Shown piece by piece: positions 49,012-59,642 of a DNA stretch of 64,000 bases. The stretch spans positions 702,159 to 766,158 of the forward strand of contig CAWCSP010000004.1 of the NCBI GenBank assembly GCA_963798215.1, given 5' to 3'. Origin of the DNA: an uncultured Acidobacteriota bacterium. Its GTDB lineage: Bacteria > Acidobacteriota > Thermoanaerobaculia > UBA5066. The notes beneath the pieces are model-generated. The model made no database searches. It was not told where the DNA came from and saw only the letters and a list, made by a program, of their open reading frames with translations. Both the position numbers and the translations under genes were made by a program. Positions within the stretch are counted from its first letter, which is position 1; the number at the start of each line of letters is the position of its first letter.

Positions 49012-50118
49012 TCACGGGAAGCGGAAGACGGCCACCACGCCCGAATGGTCGGACGCGAACGTGGGGATGTCCGGGATCGGCGGCATGGCGGCGAAAGCGA
49101 GATCCGAGCCGACGATCTCCATGCCCTTCGTGAAGAAGAGGTCGATTCGCTCGAAGGGGACCGAGGGCGCGAAGAAGGGGGGCGGGAGACCGCCTCCGGG
49201 GAACTGGTCCTCCAGGTAGTACGGCCAGGTGAGCCCCTTGTCGCCGACAGCGTGCGTCGCCGGCCAGACCTCGGTGTAGCCCGCCGCCTCGATGAGGCCG
49301 ACGGTCGGCGTGTCGTCCACGGAGGGGCCGACGTCGCTCGCGTCCGCGTTTAAGTCGCCGCAGATCACGACGGGAATCGTGAGGTTGCGGAGCTCGTGAA
49401 TCAGCTCCAGCGCCTGCGCCTCCTGCACGAGCGCAGCTTCCTCAATGCCTTCGATCGGCGTTTCGAGGTGGGTCGTGACGAAGCGGAACTGCCTGTTGCC
49501 GACGTGGACGTCGGCGGAGATCCAGCCCGCCTTGACCGTCAGCTGCTCGGTGAAGGGGAAGGCCGCGTCGAACGCGCGCGCGTGCACGTTGGAGAGATGG
49601 AACTGCGGGGGGCGAAGGTCGGACCGGATGAGCACGGCGTTCCGGTCGGTGAAGCGCAGGGCCCCGATGAGATTCCCCGGGAGGGCGAGATCGCTCAGGT
49701 GGTTCACCGCGACGACGTCGTACGGGACGCCCGCGGATCGGAGCGCCGAGACGAGCATGGCAAGCAGGTCGAACTCGACCTTCGTCGCGGTCTCCGGGGT
49801 GAGCCCGGATCGCCAGAGCGCCGCCTCCTGGATGGCGACGATTTCAGGGTGTTTCGTGGCGATCACACCGGCCATCTTGGCGGCGCGCAATTCGAACGCG
49901 GAATACTGGAGCTCGAGATACGTCAGATCGACGGCCTGCTCCACGGTCGCGGGGAACTGACCCGTCAGGACGCCGATGATGTACGTCTGGTCCGTCCCGT
50001 CGTCCATGTTCTGGGTCATGATCGTCACGGGCGGGTTGGCGTCGGGTTTAGCGGCGTCGGTTCGGAACGCGAGGATTGCGAAGGCACAAACCACAAGGGC
50101 CGCGAGCTTTCGCAGCAT
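49012..50118 (-). CDS. endonuclease/exonuclease/phosphatase (EEP) family secreted protein
   Basis: Signal peptide [18 protein letters not shown] (ATG 50118; an upstream ATG at 50160 is possible); EEP-like motifs ...VAIQEAAL..., ...ICGDLNAD..., ...FASDHSGV. Confidence 0.6.
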   Translation of the reverse strand: MLRKLAALVVCAFAILAFRTDAAKPDANPPVTIMTQNMDDGTDQTYIIGVLTGQFPATVEQAVDLTYLELQYSAFELRAAKMAGVIATKHPEIVAIQEAALWRSGLTPETATKVEFDLLAMLVSALRSAGVPYDVVAVNHLSDLALPGNLIGALRFTDRNAVLIRSDLRPPQFHLSNVHARAFDAAFPFTEQLTVKAGWISADVHVGNRQFRFVTTHLETPIEGIEEAALVQEAQALELIHELRNLTIPVVICGDLNADASDVGPSVDDTPTVGLIEAAGYTEVWPATHAVGDKGLTWPYYLEDQFPGGGLPPPFFAPSVPFERIDLFFTKGMEIVGSDLAFAAMPPIPDIPTFASDHSGVVAVFRFP

Positions 50119-50270
50119 GAGTCCTCCTTGCTGGCTCGGGGCTCTCCGGAGGTCAGGCACGTATCCGAACAGGACACCGGAGCCGACCTCGGGTCAGTGC
50201 TCAACACATGGGGGCACGGCCGCCGCCCGGCCCTGATGCACCTGAATCAGGCCCGCCGACGACACCGCAT

Positions 50271-51158
50271 TCATCCCGCGGCCCGCTCTTTCCGCACCAT
50301 CTCCAGGAATGCGTGGGCCGCCGGGCCGAAGTTGCCCGCGGCCCGGTAGACGAGGCGGAGGTCGCGCGGGCGGCGCAGCTCCGGCAGCGTCGAGGCCGCG
50401 AGGCGTCCGGACTCGAGCTCGGAGAGCGCCGTCCGGCGCGGGAGGAGCGCGACGCCCATCCCGCGCTCGACGGCGCGCTTGACGGCGTCGAGGCTCGGGA
50501 GCGAGACCTTGATGTTGAGCGGCGTCCCGCGCTCGGCGTACGTGTTGAGGACGCGCTCGCGCGCGGGCGAGCGGTCGCCGTGCGCGATGACGGTCTCGGC
50601 GCCGAACTCCTGCAGCGTCACGCGGACCCGTTTCGCGAACGGGTGCGAGGGATGGGAGAGGACGACGAGCTCGTCCGACGCGAGGACGACGGTCTTGAGC
50701 CCCTCCTCGGCCGGCACGAAGGCGACGATGCCGAAGTCGAGCGCGACCGCGAGGACCTCGGCTCCGAGAAGGCGCGACGGCGAACGCTTCACCTCGAACT
50801 CGACGCCGGGATGCGTCTCGCGGAAGCGTCCGATCAGCGGGAGGAGGACCTCCAGACCCGCCTCGTTCGCGCCGATCACGACGCGCCCGTGCCGGAGGTC
50901 GCGCAGCTCGCGCACGGCTCGCTCGGCCTCCTCCGTCACGGCGAGGACGCGCCGCGCGTGCTCGAGGAGGGTTTTCCCGGCCTCCGTGAGGCGCACGTCG
51001 TGCGTCGTCCGGTCGAAGAGGTCGGCCTTGAGCTCGTCCTCGAGACGGCGCACCGCCTGGCTCACGGCGGACTGCGTCCGGAACAGGCGCACGGCCGCCT
51101 TCGAGAAGCCGCGCTCCTCGGCGACGGCCAGGAAAACGCGCAGCCCGGCGACGTCCAT
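50271..51158 (-). CDS. LysR-family transcriptional regulator, divergent from the ilv-leu operon
   Basis: 295 aa from ATG 51158: MDVAGLRVFLAVAEERGFSKAAVRLFRTQSAVSQAVRRLE (LysR HTH) plus a LysR substrate-binding domain. Confidence 0.8.
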   Translation of the reverse strand: MDVAGLRVFLAVAEERGFSKAAVRLFRTQSAVSQAVRRLEDELKADLFDRTTHDVRLTEAGKTLLEHARRVLAVTEEAERAVRELRDLRHGRVVIGANEAGLEVLLPLIGRFRETHPGVEFEVKRSPSRLLGAEVLAVALDFGIVAFVPAEEGLKTVVLASDELVVLSHPSHPFAKRVRVTLQEFGAETVIAHGDRSPARERVLNTYAERGTPLNIKVSLPSLDAVKRAVERGMGVALLPRRTALSELESGRLAASTLPELRRPRDLRLVYRAAGNFGPAAHAFLEMVRKERAAG

Positions 51159-51186
51159 AAGTAATGCTAATAATAATAGAAAGACT

Positions 51187-51318
51187 ATGAGTTTGAAGAA
51201 TTCCTTCGAATGCGGTCCAATTCGCGCCGTGATGGTTCTCGCCCGCATCGCCGTTCCCGTCCTTCTGCTTTCGAAGGAAATTTCTCTCGTCCTTACGGAG
51301 AGACAGGCGGCGAGCTGA
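51187..51318 (+). CDS. putative ilv-leu operon leader peptide (43 aa, 15 Ile/Val/Leu)
   Basis: [45 protein letters not shown]-rich, uses rare att/gtt/ctt/ttg codons. Its stop lies 28 nt before a terminator hairpin. Confidence 0.4.
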   Translation: MSLKNSFECGPIRAVMVLARIAVPVLLLSKEISLVLTERQAAS

Positions 51319-51346
51319 CGGGAAACGAGAAACACATCAGCCAGCC

Positions 51347-51373
51347 GCCCCGCAGACGCGGGGCTTTTTTTTT
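51347..51373 (+). terminator. intrinsic terminator / attenuator hairpin (gccccgc-agac-gcggggc followed by T9) 30 nt upstream of ilvD
   Basis: 7-bp GC stem, 4-nt loop and 9 consecutive T, read directly from the sequence. A possible antiterminator pairing is ggcggc 51306-51311 with gccgcc 51344-51349. Confidence 0.55.
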
Positions 51374-51403
51374 GGACCGGATTTCGAGGAGGTCATCGGG
51401 AGC

Positions 51404-53116
51404 GTGAAGAGCGACGCGATCAAGAAAGGCCCGGCGCGGGCTCCCGCGCGCGCGATGCTGCGCGCGACCGGCCTGACGCCCGCCGATCTGGAGAAGCCGC
51501 TCGTGGCGGTCGTCCACCCGTGGACGGACCTCGGCCCGTGCAACTTCACGCTCCGCGCGCTCGCCGAGGAGGTCAAGGCCGGCGTCCGCGAGGCCGGGGG
51601 CACGCCCTTCGAGTTCGGGACGATCGCGATCTCCGACGGGATCTCGATGGGCACGGACGGGATGCGCGCCTCGCTCGTCTCGCGCGAGGTCATCGCGGAT
51701 TCCATCGAGCTGGCCGTTGCGGGCCACGCGCTCGACGCCGTGGTCGCCCTGTGCGGCTGCGACAAGACGATCCCGGGCGCCGCGATGGCGCTCGCGCGGC
51801 TGGACCTCCCGTCGGTCGCGCTCTACGGCGGCTCGATCGAGCCCGGGAAGGTTGCGGGGAAGGACGTCACGATCCAGGAGGTCTTCGAGGCGGTCGGCGC
51901 GCACGCGGCCGGGACGATCTCCGACGCGATGCTCTGCGACGTCGAGGCGGGCGCGTGCCCCGGCGCGGGAGCGTGCGGCGGGCAGTTCACGGCGAACACG
52001 ATGGCGCTGGCGCTGACGTTTCTCGGGCTCTCGCCGATGGGTGCGAACGACGTCCCGGCGACCGACCCCACGAAGGCGGGCGTGGCCCGCGCGGCGGGCC
52101 GCCTCGTGATGGAGCGTCTGAAGGACGGCCTGACGCCGTCGAAGATCCTGACGCGGGCCGCGTTCGAGAACGCGATCGCGTCCGTCGCCGCGGCAGGCGG
52201 CTCGACGAACGCCGTCCTCCACCTCCTCGCGATCGCGCGGGAAGCGGGCGTCCCGCTCTTCCTCGACGACTTCGACGCGATCTCGGCGCGGACGCCGCTC
52301 TTCGTCGACCTCAAGCCCGGCGGCCGCTTCACGGCGCCGGACCTCGCGCGCGCGGGCGGCTCGCGCCTCGTCGCGCGGCGCCTCGTGGAAGCGGGCCTCG
52401 TGAAGAACGCGAAGACGGTCACGGGCCGGACGCTCTTCGACGAGGCGAAGGACGCCGTCGAGACGCCGGGGCAGGAGGTCGTCCGCCCGGTCGCGAAGGC
52501 GCTCAAGCCGCACGGCGGGCTCGCGATCCTGCGGGGCACGCTCGCGCCCGAGGGCGCGGTCGTGAAGCTCGCGGGCCACGAGCGGATGCGCCACACCGGC
52601 CCCGCGCGCGTCTTCGACGGCGAGATCGCCGCGTTCGCGGCTGTCCAGAAGCGCGAGGTCAGGGCAGGCGACGTCGTCGTGATCCGCAACGAGGGGCCGA
52701 AGGGTGCGCCGGGAATGCCCGAGATGCTCGCCGTGACGGCGGCGCTCGTCGGGCAGGGTCTCGGCGAGTCGGTCGCCCTCGTGACGGACGGCCGCTTCTC
52801 CGGCGCCACGCACGGCTTCATGGTCGGCCACGTCTCGCCCGAGGCGGCGGCGGGCGGGCCGATCGCGTACGTGAAGGACGGCGACCCCGTGACGCTCGAC
52901 GTCGTCGCGCGCCGCCTCGACGTCGAGATCGGCGAGGACGACTTCGCCGCGCGCCGCCGGGCGTACCGCGCCCCGGCGCCGCGCGCGACGTCCGGCGCCC
53001 TCGCGAAGTACGCCCGCCTCGTCTCGTCCGCCTCCGAGGGCGCCGTGACGGGGACGTTCGCGGGGGTCGCGGCGTCCGATGCGGCGGTGACCGTTTCCGC
53101 GGGGAGGACCGCGTGA
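51404..53116 (+). CDS. ilvD: dihydroxy-acid dehydratase
   Basis: 570 aa from GTG start; ...CGCDKTIPG..., ...[19 protein letters not shown]... (Fe-S Cys), ...[22 protein letters not shown]... Confidence 0.95.
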   Translation: MKSDAIKKGPARAPARAMLRATGLTPADLEKPLVAVVHPWTDLGPCNFTLRALAEEVKAGVREAGGTPFEFGTIAISDGISMGTDGMRASLVSREVIADSIELAVAGHALDAVVALCGCDKTIPGAAMALARLDLPSVALYGGSIEPGKVAGKDVTIQEVFEAVGAHAAGTISDAMLCDVEAGACPGAGACGGQFTANTMALALTFLGLSPMGANDVPATDPTKAGVARAAGRLVMERLKDGLTPSKILTRAAFENAIASVAAAGGSTNAVLHLLAIAREAGVPLFLDDFDAISARTPLFVDLKPGGRFTAPDLARAGGSRLVARRLVEAGLVKNAKTVTGRTLFDEAKDAVETPGQEVVRPVAKALKPHGGLAILRGTLAPEGAVVKLAGHERMRHTGPARVFDGEIAAFAAVQKREVRAGDVVVIRNEGPKGAPGMPEMLAVTAALVGQGLGESVALVTDGRFSGATHGFMVGHVSPEAAAGGPIAYVKDGDPVTLDVVARRLDVEIGEDDFAARRRAYRAPAPRATSGALAKYARLVSSASEGAVTGTFAGVAASDAAVTVSAGRTA

Positions 53117-54825
53117 CCGCACAGGCGAAGGCCCAGCCGCAGACCCGCACGAGCGCCGCGCGCGCCATGGCGGACGAGCTCGTTGCGCTCGGCGTGACCC
53201 ACATCTTCGGGCACCCGGGCGGCGCGGCCCTGCCGCTCTACGACGCGCTCCACGGATCGCCGATCCGGCACCTCCTCATGCGGCACGAGCAGGGCGCCGC
53301 GCACGCTGCGCAGGGGTACGCGCGCGCGACGGGCCGTCCCGGCGTCTGCCTCGCGACGTCCGGCCCGGGCGCGACGAACCTCGTGACCGGCCTGACGGAC
53401 GCGATGATGGACTCGACGCCCGTCGTCGCCCTGACGGCGCAGGTCGCCACGTCGCTCCTCGGCCGCGACGGCTTCCAGGAAGCCGACATCGTCGGGATGA
53501 CGCAGAACGTCACGAAGCACAACTGGCTCGTCCTCGACCCGGACGAGGTTCCCGGCACGATCCGCCACGCGTTCCGCGTCGCGGTCTCCGGCCGCCCCGG
53601 TCCGGTCCTCGTCGACGTGCCGCGCGACGTCCTGCAGGGCGAGACGTCGTGGGAAGGCCCAGACGCCGAGCCCGCGGAAATCCTGCGCCGCGCGGACGCC
53701 GTGTCGCTCCGCCGCGCCGCGTTCGCGATCTCGAACGCGCGCCGCCCGGTCCTGTACGTGGGCGGTGGCGTGATCTCGTCCGGGGCCTCGGCCGAGGTGC
53801 GGCGCCTCGCGTGCAAGGCGCGCATCCCCGTCACGACGACGCTCATGGGCAAGGGCGCCTTCCCCGAGACGGACGCGCTCTCGCTCGGGATGCTCGGGAT
53901 GCACGGCACCGCCTACGCGAACTGGGCGATGCACGACGCCGACCTCATCATCGCCCTCGGCGCGCGTTTTGACGACCGGATCACGGGCAAGCTCGCCACG
54001 TTCGCGCCACACGCGAAGGTCGTCCACCTCGACGTCGACCCCGTCGAGATCGGGAAAAACCGCAAGGCCGACTTCCCGCTGCACGGCGACGCGAAGACCG
54101 TCCTCCGGCAGCTCCTCCCGCTCGTCGGCGCCCCGCACACGAACGGCTGGCTCGAGAAGATCGCCGCGTGGAAGGCCGAGGCGCCGCTCGCCTACGAGCA
54201 GACGGGCGACGTCATCCTCCCGCAGTTCGCGATCGAGACGCTCTGGAAGATGACGCGGGACCGGCGCCCGATCGTCACGACGGACGTCGGCCAGCACCAG
54301 ATGTGGGCCGCGCAGTTCTGGAAGTGCGACGAGCCGAACACGTTCGTGACGTCCGGCGGCCTCGGGACGATGGGCTTCGGCCTGCCGGCCGCGATCGGCG
54401 TGCAGTGCGGGATGCCGGACCGCCTCGTGATCAACCTGAACGGCGACGGCAGCTTCCAGCAGACGATGCAGGCGATGGCGACGGCCGTCGAGGAGAAGCT
54501 CCCGATCAAGGTCGTCGTCCTCGACAACCAGAACCTCGGGATGGTCCGCCAGTGGCAGGACCTCTTCTACGAGCGCCGCTTCTTCGCGGTCGAGCTCCGG
54601 AACCCCGACTTCGCGAAGCTCGCCGAGGCGTTCGGGGCGGCCGCGTTCCGCGTGAGCCGTCCCGAGGAGCTCGTCCCGGCGTACGAGGCCGCGCTCGCCG
54701 TGAACGACCGCCCCGCGCTCGTCCACGTGCGGACGGACGGCAACGAGAACTGCTACCCCATGTGGCCCGCGGGCCAGTCCATCGATTCGATGGTGGTGTC
54801 GGACCCGCGGAAGAAGAAGAGCTGA
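53113..54825 (+). CDS. ilvB: acetolactate synthase large (catalytic) subunit
   Basis: 570 aa from GTG 53113 (GTGA overlap with ilvD); TPP motif ...[35 protein letters not shown]... Confidence 0.9.
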   Translation: MTAQAKAQPQTRTSAARAMADELVALGVTHIFGHPGGAALPLYDALHGSPIRHLLMRHEQGAAHAAQGYARATGRPGVCLATSGPGATNLVTGLTDAMMDSTPVVALTAQVATSLLGRDGFQEADIVGMTQNVTKHNWLVLDPDEVPGTIRHAFRVAVSGRPGPVLVDVPRDVLQGETSWEGPDAEPAEILRRADAVSLRRAAFAISNARRPVLYVGGGVISSGASAEVRRLACKARIPVTTTLMGKGAFPETDALSLGMLGMHGTAYANWAMHDADLIIALGARFDDRITGKLATFAPHAKVVHLDVDPVEIGKNRKADFPLHGDAKTVLRQLLPLVGAPHTNGWLEKIAAWKAEAPLAYEQTGDVILPQFAIETLWKMTRDRRPIVTTDVGQHQMWAAQFWKCDEPNTFVTSGGLGTMGFGLPAAIGVQCGMPDRLVINLNGDGSFQQTMQAMATAVEEKLPIKVVVLDNQNLGMVRQWQDLFYERRFFAVELRNPDFAKLAEAFGAAAFRVSRPEELVPAYEAALAVNDRPALVHVRTDGNENCYPMWPAGQSIDSMVVSDPRKKKS

Positions 54826-54835
54826 GGAGGCTGAG

Positions 54836-55120
54836 ATGCAAGAGACCTATGAAATCAAGGCGAAGGATGCTCCCGGTCTTCTGGCAAGGGTCGAATCACT
54901 CTTCAGGCGCCAGCGCGCGCCCATCCGGAGCTTTTTCTTCGAAGGGTGTGAAGGCGGTCCGGTCGCGAGGCTCGTTCTCGTCGCGGAAGCCGACGAGGAG
55001 CGCTCGAATCTCCTTCAGAAGCAGCTCTTGCGCCTCGAGGACGTGATCGAGGTCGTCCGGTCGCGCGACGCCGTCGCCTTCGCGCAGCCCGAATTCACCT
55101 TCGAAGAAAGAACAGCCTAG
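54836..55120 (+). CDS. ilvN: acetolactate synthase small regulatory subunit, short ACT-only form
   Basis: 94 aa. The ACT domain aligns with IlvH/IlvN residues 1-80, but the C-terminal domain is missing. The gene ends inside an AT-rich repeat-motif cluster. Confidence 0.55.
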   Translation: MQETYEIKAKDAPGLLARVESLFRRQRAPIRSFFFEGCEGGPVARLVLVAEADEERSNLLQKQLLRLEDVIEVVRSRDAVAFAQPEFTFEERTA

Positions 55121-55185
55121 AAGGTTGAGAGAAGGCCGCTCGCAGCGCGCCGGCGGCGCCCAGCCCCTTTCCACCTTCTAAGAAA
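55094..55185. repeat. cluster of three motif copies at the ilvN 3' end and ilvN-ilvC intergenic region (55094-55108 reverse; 55116-55128 forward, degenerate; 55173-55185 reverse) forming a stem-loop-capable inverted pair
   Basis: ttcaccttcgaagaa / cctagaaggttga / caccttctaagaa, read from the sequence. Confidence 0.5.
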
Positions 55186-55232
55186 AATAGCATCACCTGA
55201 GCCAAACCATCAACACGACGAGGATCGAAGAC

Positions 55233-56247
55233 ATGGCGACAATCTGGTACGACAAGGACGCCGACATCTCCCGCCTCAAGGGGCGGACGGTCGCGATCAT
55301 CGGTTACGGCAGCCAGGGGCACGCGCACGCCCTGAACCTCCGCGACAGCGGGGTCTCGGTCGTCGTGGGCCTCCACGCGACGTCGAAGTCCGCCGCGAAG
55401 GCGAAGGCCGAGGGGCTGACGGTCCTGCCGGTCGACGAGGCCGCGAAGCGCGCGGACGTCGTCATGATCCTGACGCCCGACACGGGCCAGAAGAAGCTCT
55501 GGGACGAGTCGATTGCGCCGCACATGAAGGCCGGCAAGACCGTCATGTTCGCGCACGGCTTCAACATCCGCTTCGGCCAGATCGTGCCCGCCGCACGACG
55601 TGGACGTGTCGATGGTCGCGCCGAAGTCGCCGGGCCACCGCGTCCGCGAGCTGTACGTGGAGGGCGCGGGCACGCCGGCGCTCCTCGCCGTCGAGCAGAA
55701 CGCGACCGGCCACGCGCGCGAGGACGCGCTGGCCTACGCGAAGGCGCTCGGGACGACGCGCGCCGGCGTCCTCGAGACGACGTTCGCCGAGGAGACGGAG
55801 ACGGACCTCTTCGGCGAGCAGGCCGTCCTCTGCGGCGGCACGTCCGCGCTCGTGAAGGCCGCGTTCCAGACGCTCGTCGACGCGGGCTACCAGCCGGAGG
55901 TCGCGTACTTCGAGTGCCTCCACGAGCTGAAGCTCATCGTCGATCTCATGTACCGCGGCGGTCTCAACTACATGCGTTACTCGATCAGCGACACGGCCGA
56001 GCACGGCGACTACACCGCGGGTCCGCGCATCGTGACGGACGCGACCCGGCGCGAGATGAAGAAGATCCTCGAGGAGATCCAGGAGGGCGTCTACGCCGAG
56101 AACTGGATCGCCGAGAACCGAGCGGGCCGCCCGAACTTCGAGGCGACGCGCGAGAAGGAGCGGACCCAGCTCCTCGAGACCGTCGGCGCGGAGCTGCGCG
56201 AGAAGATGCCGTTTCTCCATCCCGTCCGCATCGGGAAGGTGGCCTGA
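55233..56247 (+). CDS. ilvC: ketol-acid reductoisomerase; one frameshift in this sequence
   Basis: The N-terminal 118 aa ([36 protein letters not shown]...[12 protein letters not shown]) are in frame 0. The remainder ([22 protein letters not shown]...) is in ORF 55600..56247. The shift is at CCCG 55587-55590. Confidence 0.85.
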
Positions 56248-56248
56248 C

Positions 56249-57529
56249 ATGAGCGCGGAGGGCGACGTCCGGCACCGCATCGCGATCTTCGACACGACGC
56301 TCCGGGACGGCGAGCAGGCGCCGGGCTTCTCGATGCGCGAGGCCGAGAAGGTGCGTCTCGCCGTCAAGCTCGACGAGCTCGGCGTCGACATCCTCGAAGC
56401 CGGGTTCCCGGTCGCCTCGGAGGACGACTTCTCCGGCGTCCGCGCCGTCGCGAAGGCGGTCCGCCGGCCGGTCGTCGCGGCGCTCGCGCGCGCCGTGGAC
56501 GCGGACGTGGACCGCGCGCTCGAGGCCCTCGACGGGTGCGCCCGTCCGCGCCTCCACACGTTCATCGCGACGTCCGACCTCCACCTTTCGCACAAGCTCC
56601 ACATGTCGCGCGGCCAGGCGCTCGAGGCCGCGGCTCGCGCGGTCGCCCGCGCGCGCCGCCACGTCGACGACGTCGAGTTCTCGGCCGAGGACGCGACGCG
56701 CAGCGACGTCGGATACCTCTCGGCCGTCGTGGGGGCCGTGATCCAGGCGGGCGCGACGACCGTGAACCTGCCGGACACGGTTGGCTACTCGACGCCCGAC
56801 GAGATCTACAGGTTCTTCACCACGATCCGGGCGAGCGTCGCCGGCGCGGACCGCACGGTCTTCTCGGCGCACTGCCACAACGACCTCGGCCTCGCGGTCG
56901 CGAACAGCCTCGCGGCTCTGGAGGCCGGCTGCCGGCAGATCGAGTGCACGGTGAACGGAATCGGCGAGCGCGCGGGCAACGCGTCCCTCGAGGAGATCGT
57001 CATGACGCTCCGTGTGCGGCCCGACAAGCTGCCGTTCACGACCGGGATCGTCCCGGGCGAGATCTACGCGGCGAGCCAGCTCCTCACCGAGCTCACGGGC
57101 GAAGCCGTCCAGGCGAACAAGGCGATCGTCGGCCGCAACGCGTTCGCGCACGAGGCGGGCATCCACCAGGACGGCATCCTTAAGGACCGCCGCACGTACG
57201 AGATCATGCGTCCCGAGGACGTCGGCGTGCCGAGGACGACGATGGTCCTCGGCAAGCACTCCGGCCGCCACGCGCTCAAGGCCCGCTGCGAGGCGCTCGG
57301 GATCATCCCGGCCCGCCACGAGCTCGACGACCTCTACCGCCGGATGATCGCGCTCGCGGACCGGCAGAAGGTCGTGCACGACCGGGACCTCGTCTCGCTC
57401 TGGTCGGCGATGAAGCGCGCGCCCGCGGCGCGTCCCTCGCACCACGTCGTGCCGATCCGGCCGGCGGCGGCGCACCGAAAGGAGGACGCGCCCGCGGCCG
57501 AGGAAGCCGGCTACGGGTACGGAGTCTGA
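56249..57529 (+). CDS. leuA: 2-isopropylmalate synthase / citramalate synthase family, short form without the LeuA regulatory domain
   Basis: 426 aa; HMGL-like TIM barrel with ...[10 protein letters not shown]..., ...[16 protein letters not shown]..., ...HEAGIHQDG... Confidence 0.8.
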   Translation: MSAEGDVRHRIAIFDTTLRDGEQAPGFSMREAEKVRLAVKLDELGVDILEAGFPVASEDDFSGVRAVAKAVRRPVVAALARAVDADVDRALEALDGCARPRLHTFIATSDLHLSHKLHMSRGQALEAAARAVARARRHVDDVEFSAEDATRSDVGYLSAVVGAVIQAGATTVNLPDTVGYSTPDEIYRFFTTIRASVAGADRTVFSAHCHNDLGLAVANSLAALEAGCRQIECTVNGIGERAGNASLEEIVMTLRVRPDKLPFTTGIVPGEIYAASQLLTELTGEAVQANKAIVGRNAFAHEAGIHQDGILKDRRTYEIMRPEDVGVPRTTMVLGKHSGRHALKARCEALGIIPARHELDDLYRRMIALADRQKVVHDRDLVSLWSAMKRAPAARPSHHVVPIRPAAAHRKEDAPAAEEAGYGYGV

Positions 57530-58654
57530 ATGGGGAAGCGCGCGCGCATCGCGGTCCTGCCGGGCGACGGCATCGGTCCGGAAGTGACGGCGGGAGCCGT
57601 CGCCGTCCTGAAGGCGGTCGAGGCGCGCTTCTCTCACACGTTCGTCCTCTCCGAGTGGCTCGTCGGCGCGCGCGCCCTGCGCGAGAAGGGGACGCCGCTG
57701 CCCGAGGACACGCTCGTCGCGTGCAAGGACGCGGACGCCGTTCTCATGGGCGCCGTCGGCGACCCGGCGTACGACCTGGCTCCCCGGGACCAGCGGCCCG
57801 AGTACGGCCTCCTCCAGTTGCGCAAGGCGCTCGGCGCCTACGCGAACATCCGGCCGGCGCGCCTCTACCGTGCGCTCGCGGACGCGGGCCCGCTCAAGCC
57901 CGAGGTCGCGCGCGGCCTCGACCTCGTCGTCGTGCGCGAGCTGACGGGAGGGCTTTACTTCGGGACGCCGCGGTCCGTCGACCTCGCGGCGGGGACGGCC
58001 GTGAACACGCTGCCGTACACGCGCATGGAGGTCGAACGCATCGCGGAGATGGCGTTCCGGCTCGCGGCGACGCGGCGGAACAAGGTGACGTCGGTCGACA
58101 AGTCGAACGTCCTCGAGACGTCGCAGCTCTGGCGCGCCGTCGTGACGGAGGTGGGAAAACGCCACCCGGACGTCACGCTCGAGCACCAGCTCGTGGACTC
58201 GTGCGCGATGAACCTCGTCCTTTTCCCGTCGGCGTTCGATGTGGTCGTGACCGAGAACCTCTTCGGCGACATCCTGTCCGACGAGTGTGGCGCGCTCGTC
58301 GGCTCGCTCGGGCTCCTGCCCTCGGCGAGCCTCGGCGACGGTCCCGGCCTCTTCGAGCCCGTGCACGGCTCGGCGCCGCAGATCGCGGGCCGCGACCTCG
58401 CGAACCCGATCGGCGCGATCGCGACGGCCGCAATGCTCCTCGGGGACGGGCTCGGCCTGCACGAGGAGGCGGCCGCGGTCCACCGGGCGATCGAGGCCGC
58501 GCTCGAGAAGGGCGCGCGCACGGCCGACCTCGCGCAGAAGAGCACGCGCGCCCTCGGGACGCGCGAGATGACACGGGCGATCGCCGACGAGATCGCCGCC
58601 GCAACGACGTCGATGGCGCCGGGCCGCGAAGCGGCCTCAGGGGCGCCGCAGTGA
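57530..58654 (+). CDS. leuB: 3-isopropylmalate dehydrogenase
   Basis: 374 aa; ...VDKSNVLETSQLWR..., ...NLFGDILSDE..., ...GSAPQIAGRDLANPIGAI...; ATG directly abuts the leuA stop. Confidence 0.9.
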   Translation: MGKRARIAVLPGDGIGPEVTAGAVAVLKAVEARFSHTFVLSEWLVGARALREKGTPLPEDTLVACKDADAVLMGAVGDPAYDLAPRDQRPEYGLLQLRKALGAYANIRPARLYRALADAGPLKPEVARGLDLVVVRELTGGLYFGTPRSVDLAAGTAVNTLPYTRMEVERIAEMAFRLAATRRNKVTSVDKSNVLETSQLWRAVVTEVGKRHPDVTLEHQLVDSCAMNLVLFPSAFDVVVTENLFGDILSDECGALVGSLGLLPSASLGDGPGLFEPVHGSAPQIAGRDLANPIGAIATAAMLLGDGLGLHEEAAAVHRAIEAALEKGARTADLAQKSTRALGTREMTRAIADEIAAATTSMAPGREAASGAPQ

Positions 58655-58658
58655 GGCT

Positions 58659-59633
58659 GTGATGGGAATGGAATCGAAGTGGATCTGGAAAGACGGCGAC
58701 CTCGTGCCTTACGAGGACGCGACGCTGCACTTCCTCACGCCCGGCCTTCACTACGGGATCGGCGTCTTCGAGGGAATCCGGTGCTACGCGACGAAGGCCG
58801 GCCCGGCGATCTTCCGGCTCCCGGAGCACATCCGGCGCCTGAGGCTCTCCGCGAAGGCCCTGGGCTTTGACGCGCTGCCGTTCTCCGAGGAGGAGCTCGT
58901 CGAGGCGACGAAAGAGACGGTCGCGAAGAACGGCTTCTCCGAGTGCTACATCCGCCCGATGATCTGGCTCGACGGCGGCGGCTGGAACCTGAACCTCGAC
59001 GGCGGCAAGCCGGCGATCGGGATCGCGGCGTGGGAGTGGAAGAACTACCTCGGCGAGGCGGCGCTCGAGAAGGGCGTGCGGGCGAACGTCTCGTCGTTCA
59101 CGCGCCACCACCCGAACGTCTCGATGACGAAGGCGAAGATCAGCGGCAACTACGTGAACAGCTTCCTCGCGAAAACGGAGTCCGTTCGGCTCGGCTTCGA
59201 CGAGGCGATCATGCTCGACCCGAACGGGTACGTTGCCGAGTGCACGGGCGCGAACCTCTTCGTCGTCAAGGACGGGCGCATCGTCACGACGCCGTCCGCT
59301 CCGATCCTCGAGGGGATCACGCGCGACACGCTCCTCGCCCTCGCGAAGGAGCTCGGCTACGAGGTCGTCGAGCAGGCGATCGCGCGCGACCAGCTCTACA
59401 TGGCCGACGAGGTCTTCGTCTGCGGGACGGCCGCCGAGTGCGTCGCACTCCGCGAGGTGGACTTCCGGACGATCGGGGCGGGCGTCACCGGACCGGTCAC
59501 GCGGGCGCTCCAGAAGGCGTACCACTCGGCGGTGCGCGGCGCGCATGCGCGCTCGAAGGAATGGTGCTCTCCGGTCCGCGAGGCGCGGCGGTACCCGGCT
59601 CCCGTCCGGCTCGTCCGCGCCCGGCGCCGCTGA
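58659..59633 (+). CDS. ilvE: branched-chain amino acid aminotransferase
   Basis: 324 aa; ...GLHYGIGVFEGIRCY..., ...SMTKAKISGNYVNS... (PLP Lys), ...EVFVCGTAAEC... Confidence 0.85.
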   Translation: MMGMESKWIWKDGDLVPYEDATLHFLTPGLHYGIGVFEGIRCYATKAGPAIFRLPEHIRRLRLSAKALGFDALPFSEEELVEATKETVAKNGFSECYIRPMIWLDGGGWNLNLDGGKPAIGIAAWEWKNYLGEAALEKGVRANVSSFTRHHPNVSMTKAKISGNYVNSFLAKTESVRLGFDEAIMLDPNGYVAECTGANLFVVKDGRIVTTPSAPILEGITRDTLLALAKELGYEVVEQAIARDQLYMADEVFVCGTAAECVALREVDFRTIGAGVTGPVTRALQKAYHSAVRGAHARSKEWCSPVREARRYPAPVRLVRARRR

Positions 59634-59642
59634 CCGGCCGGG

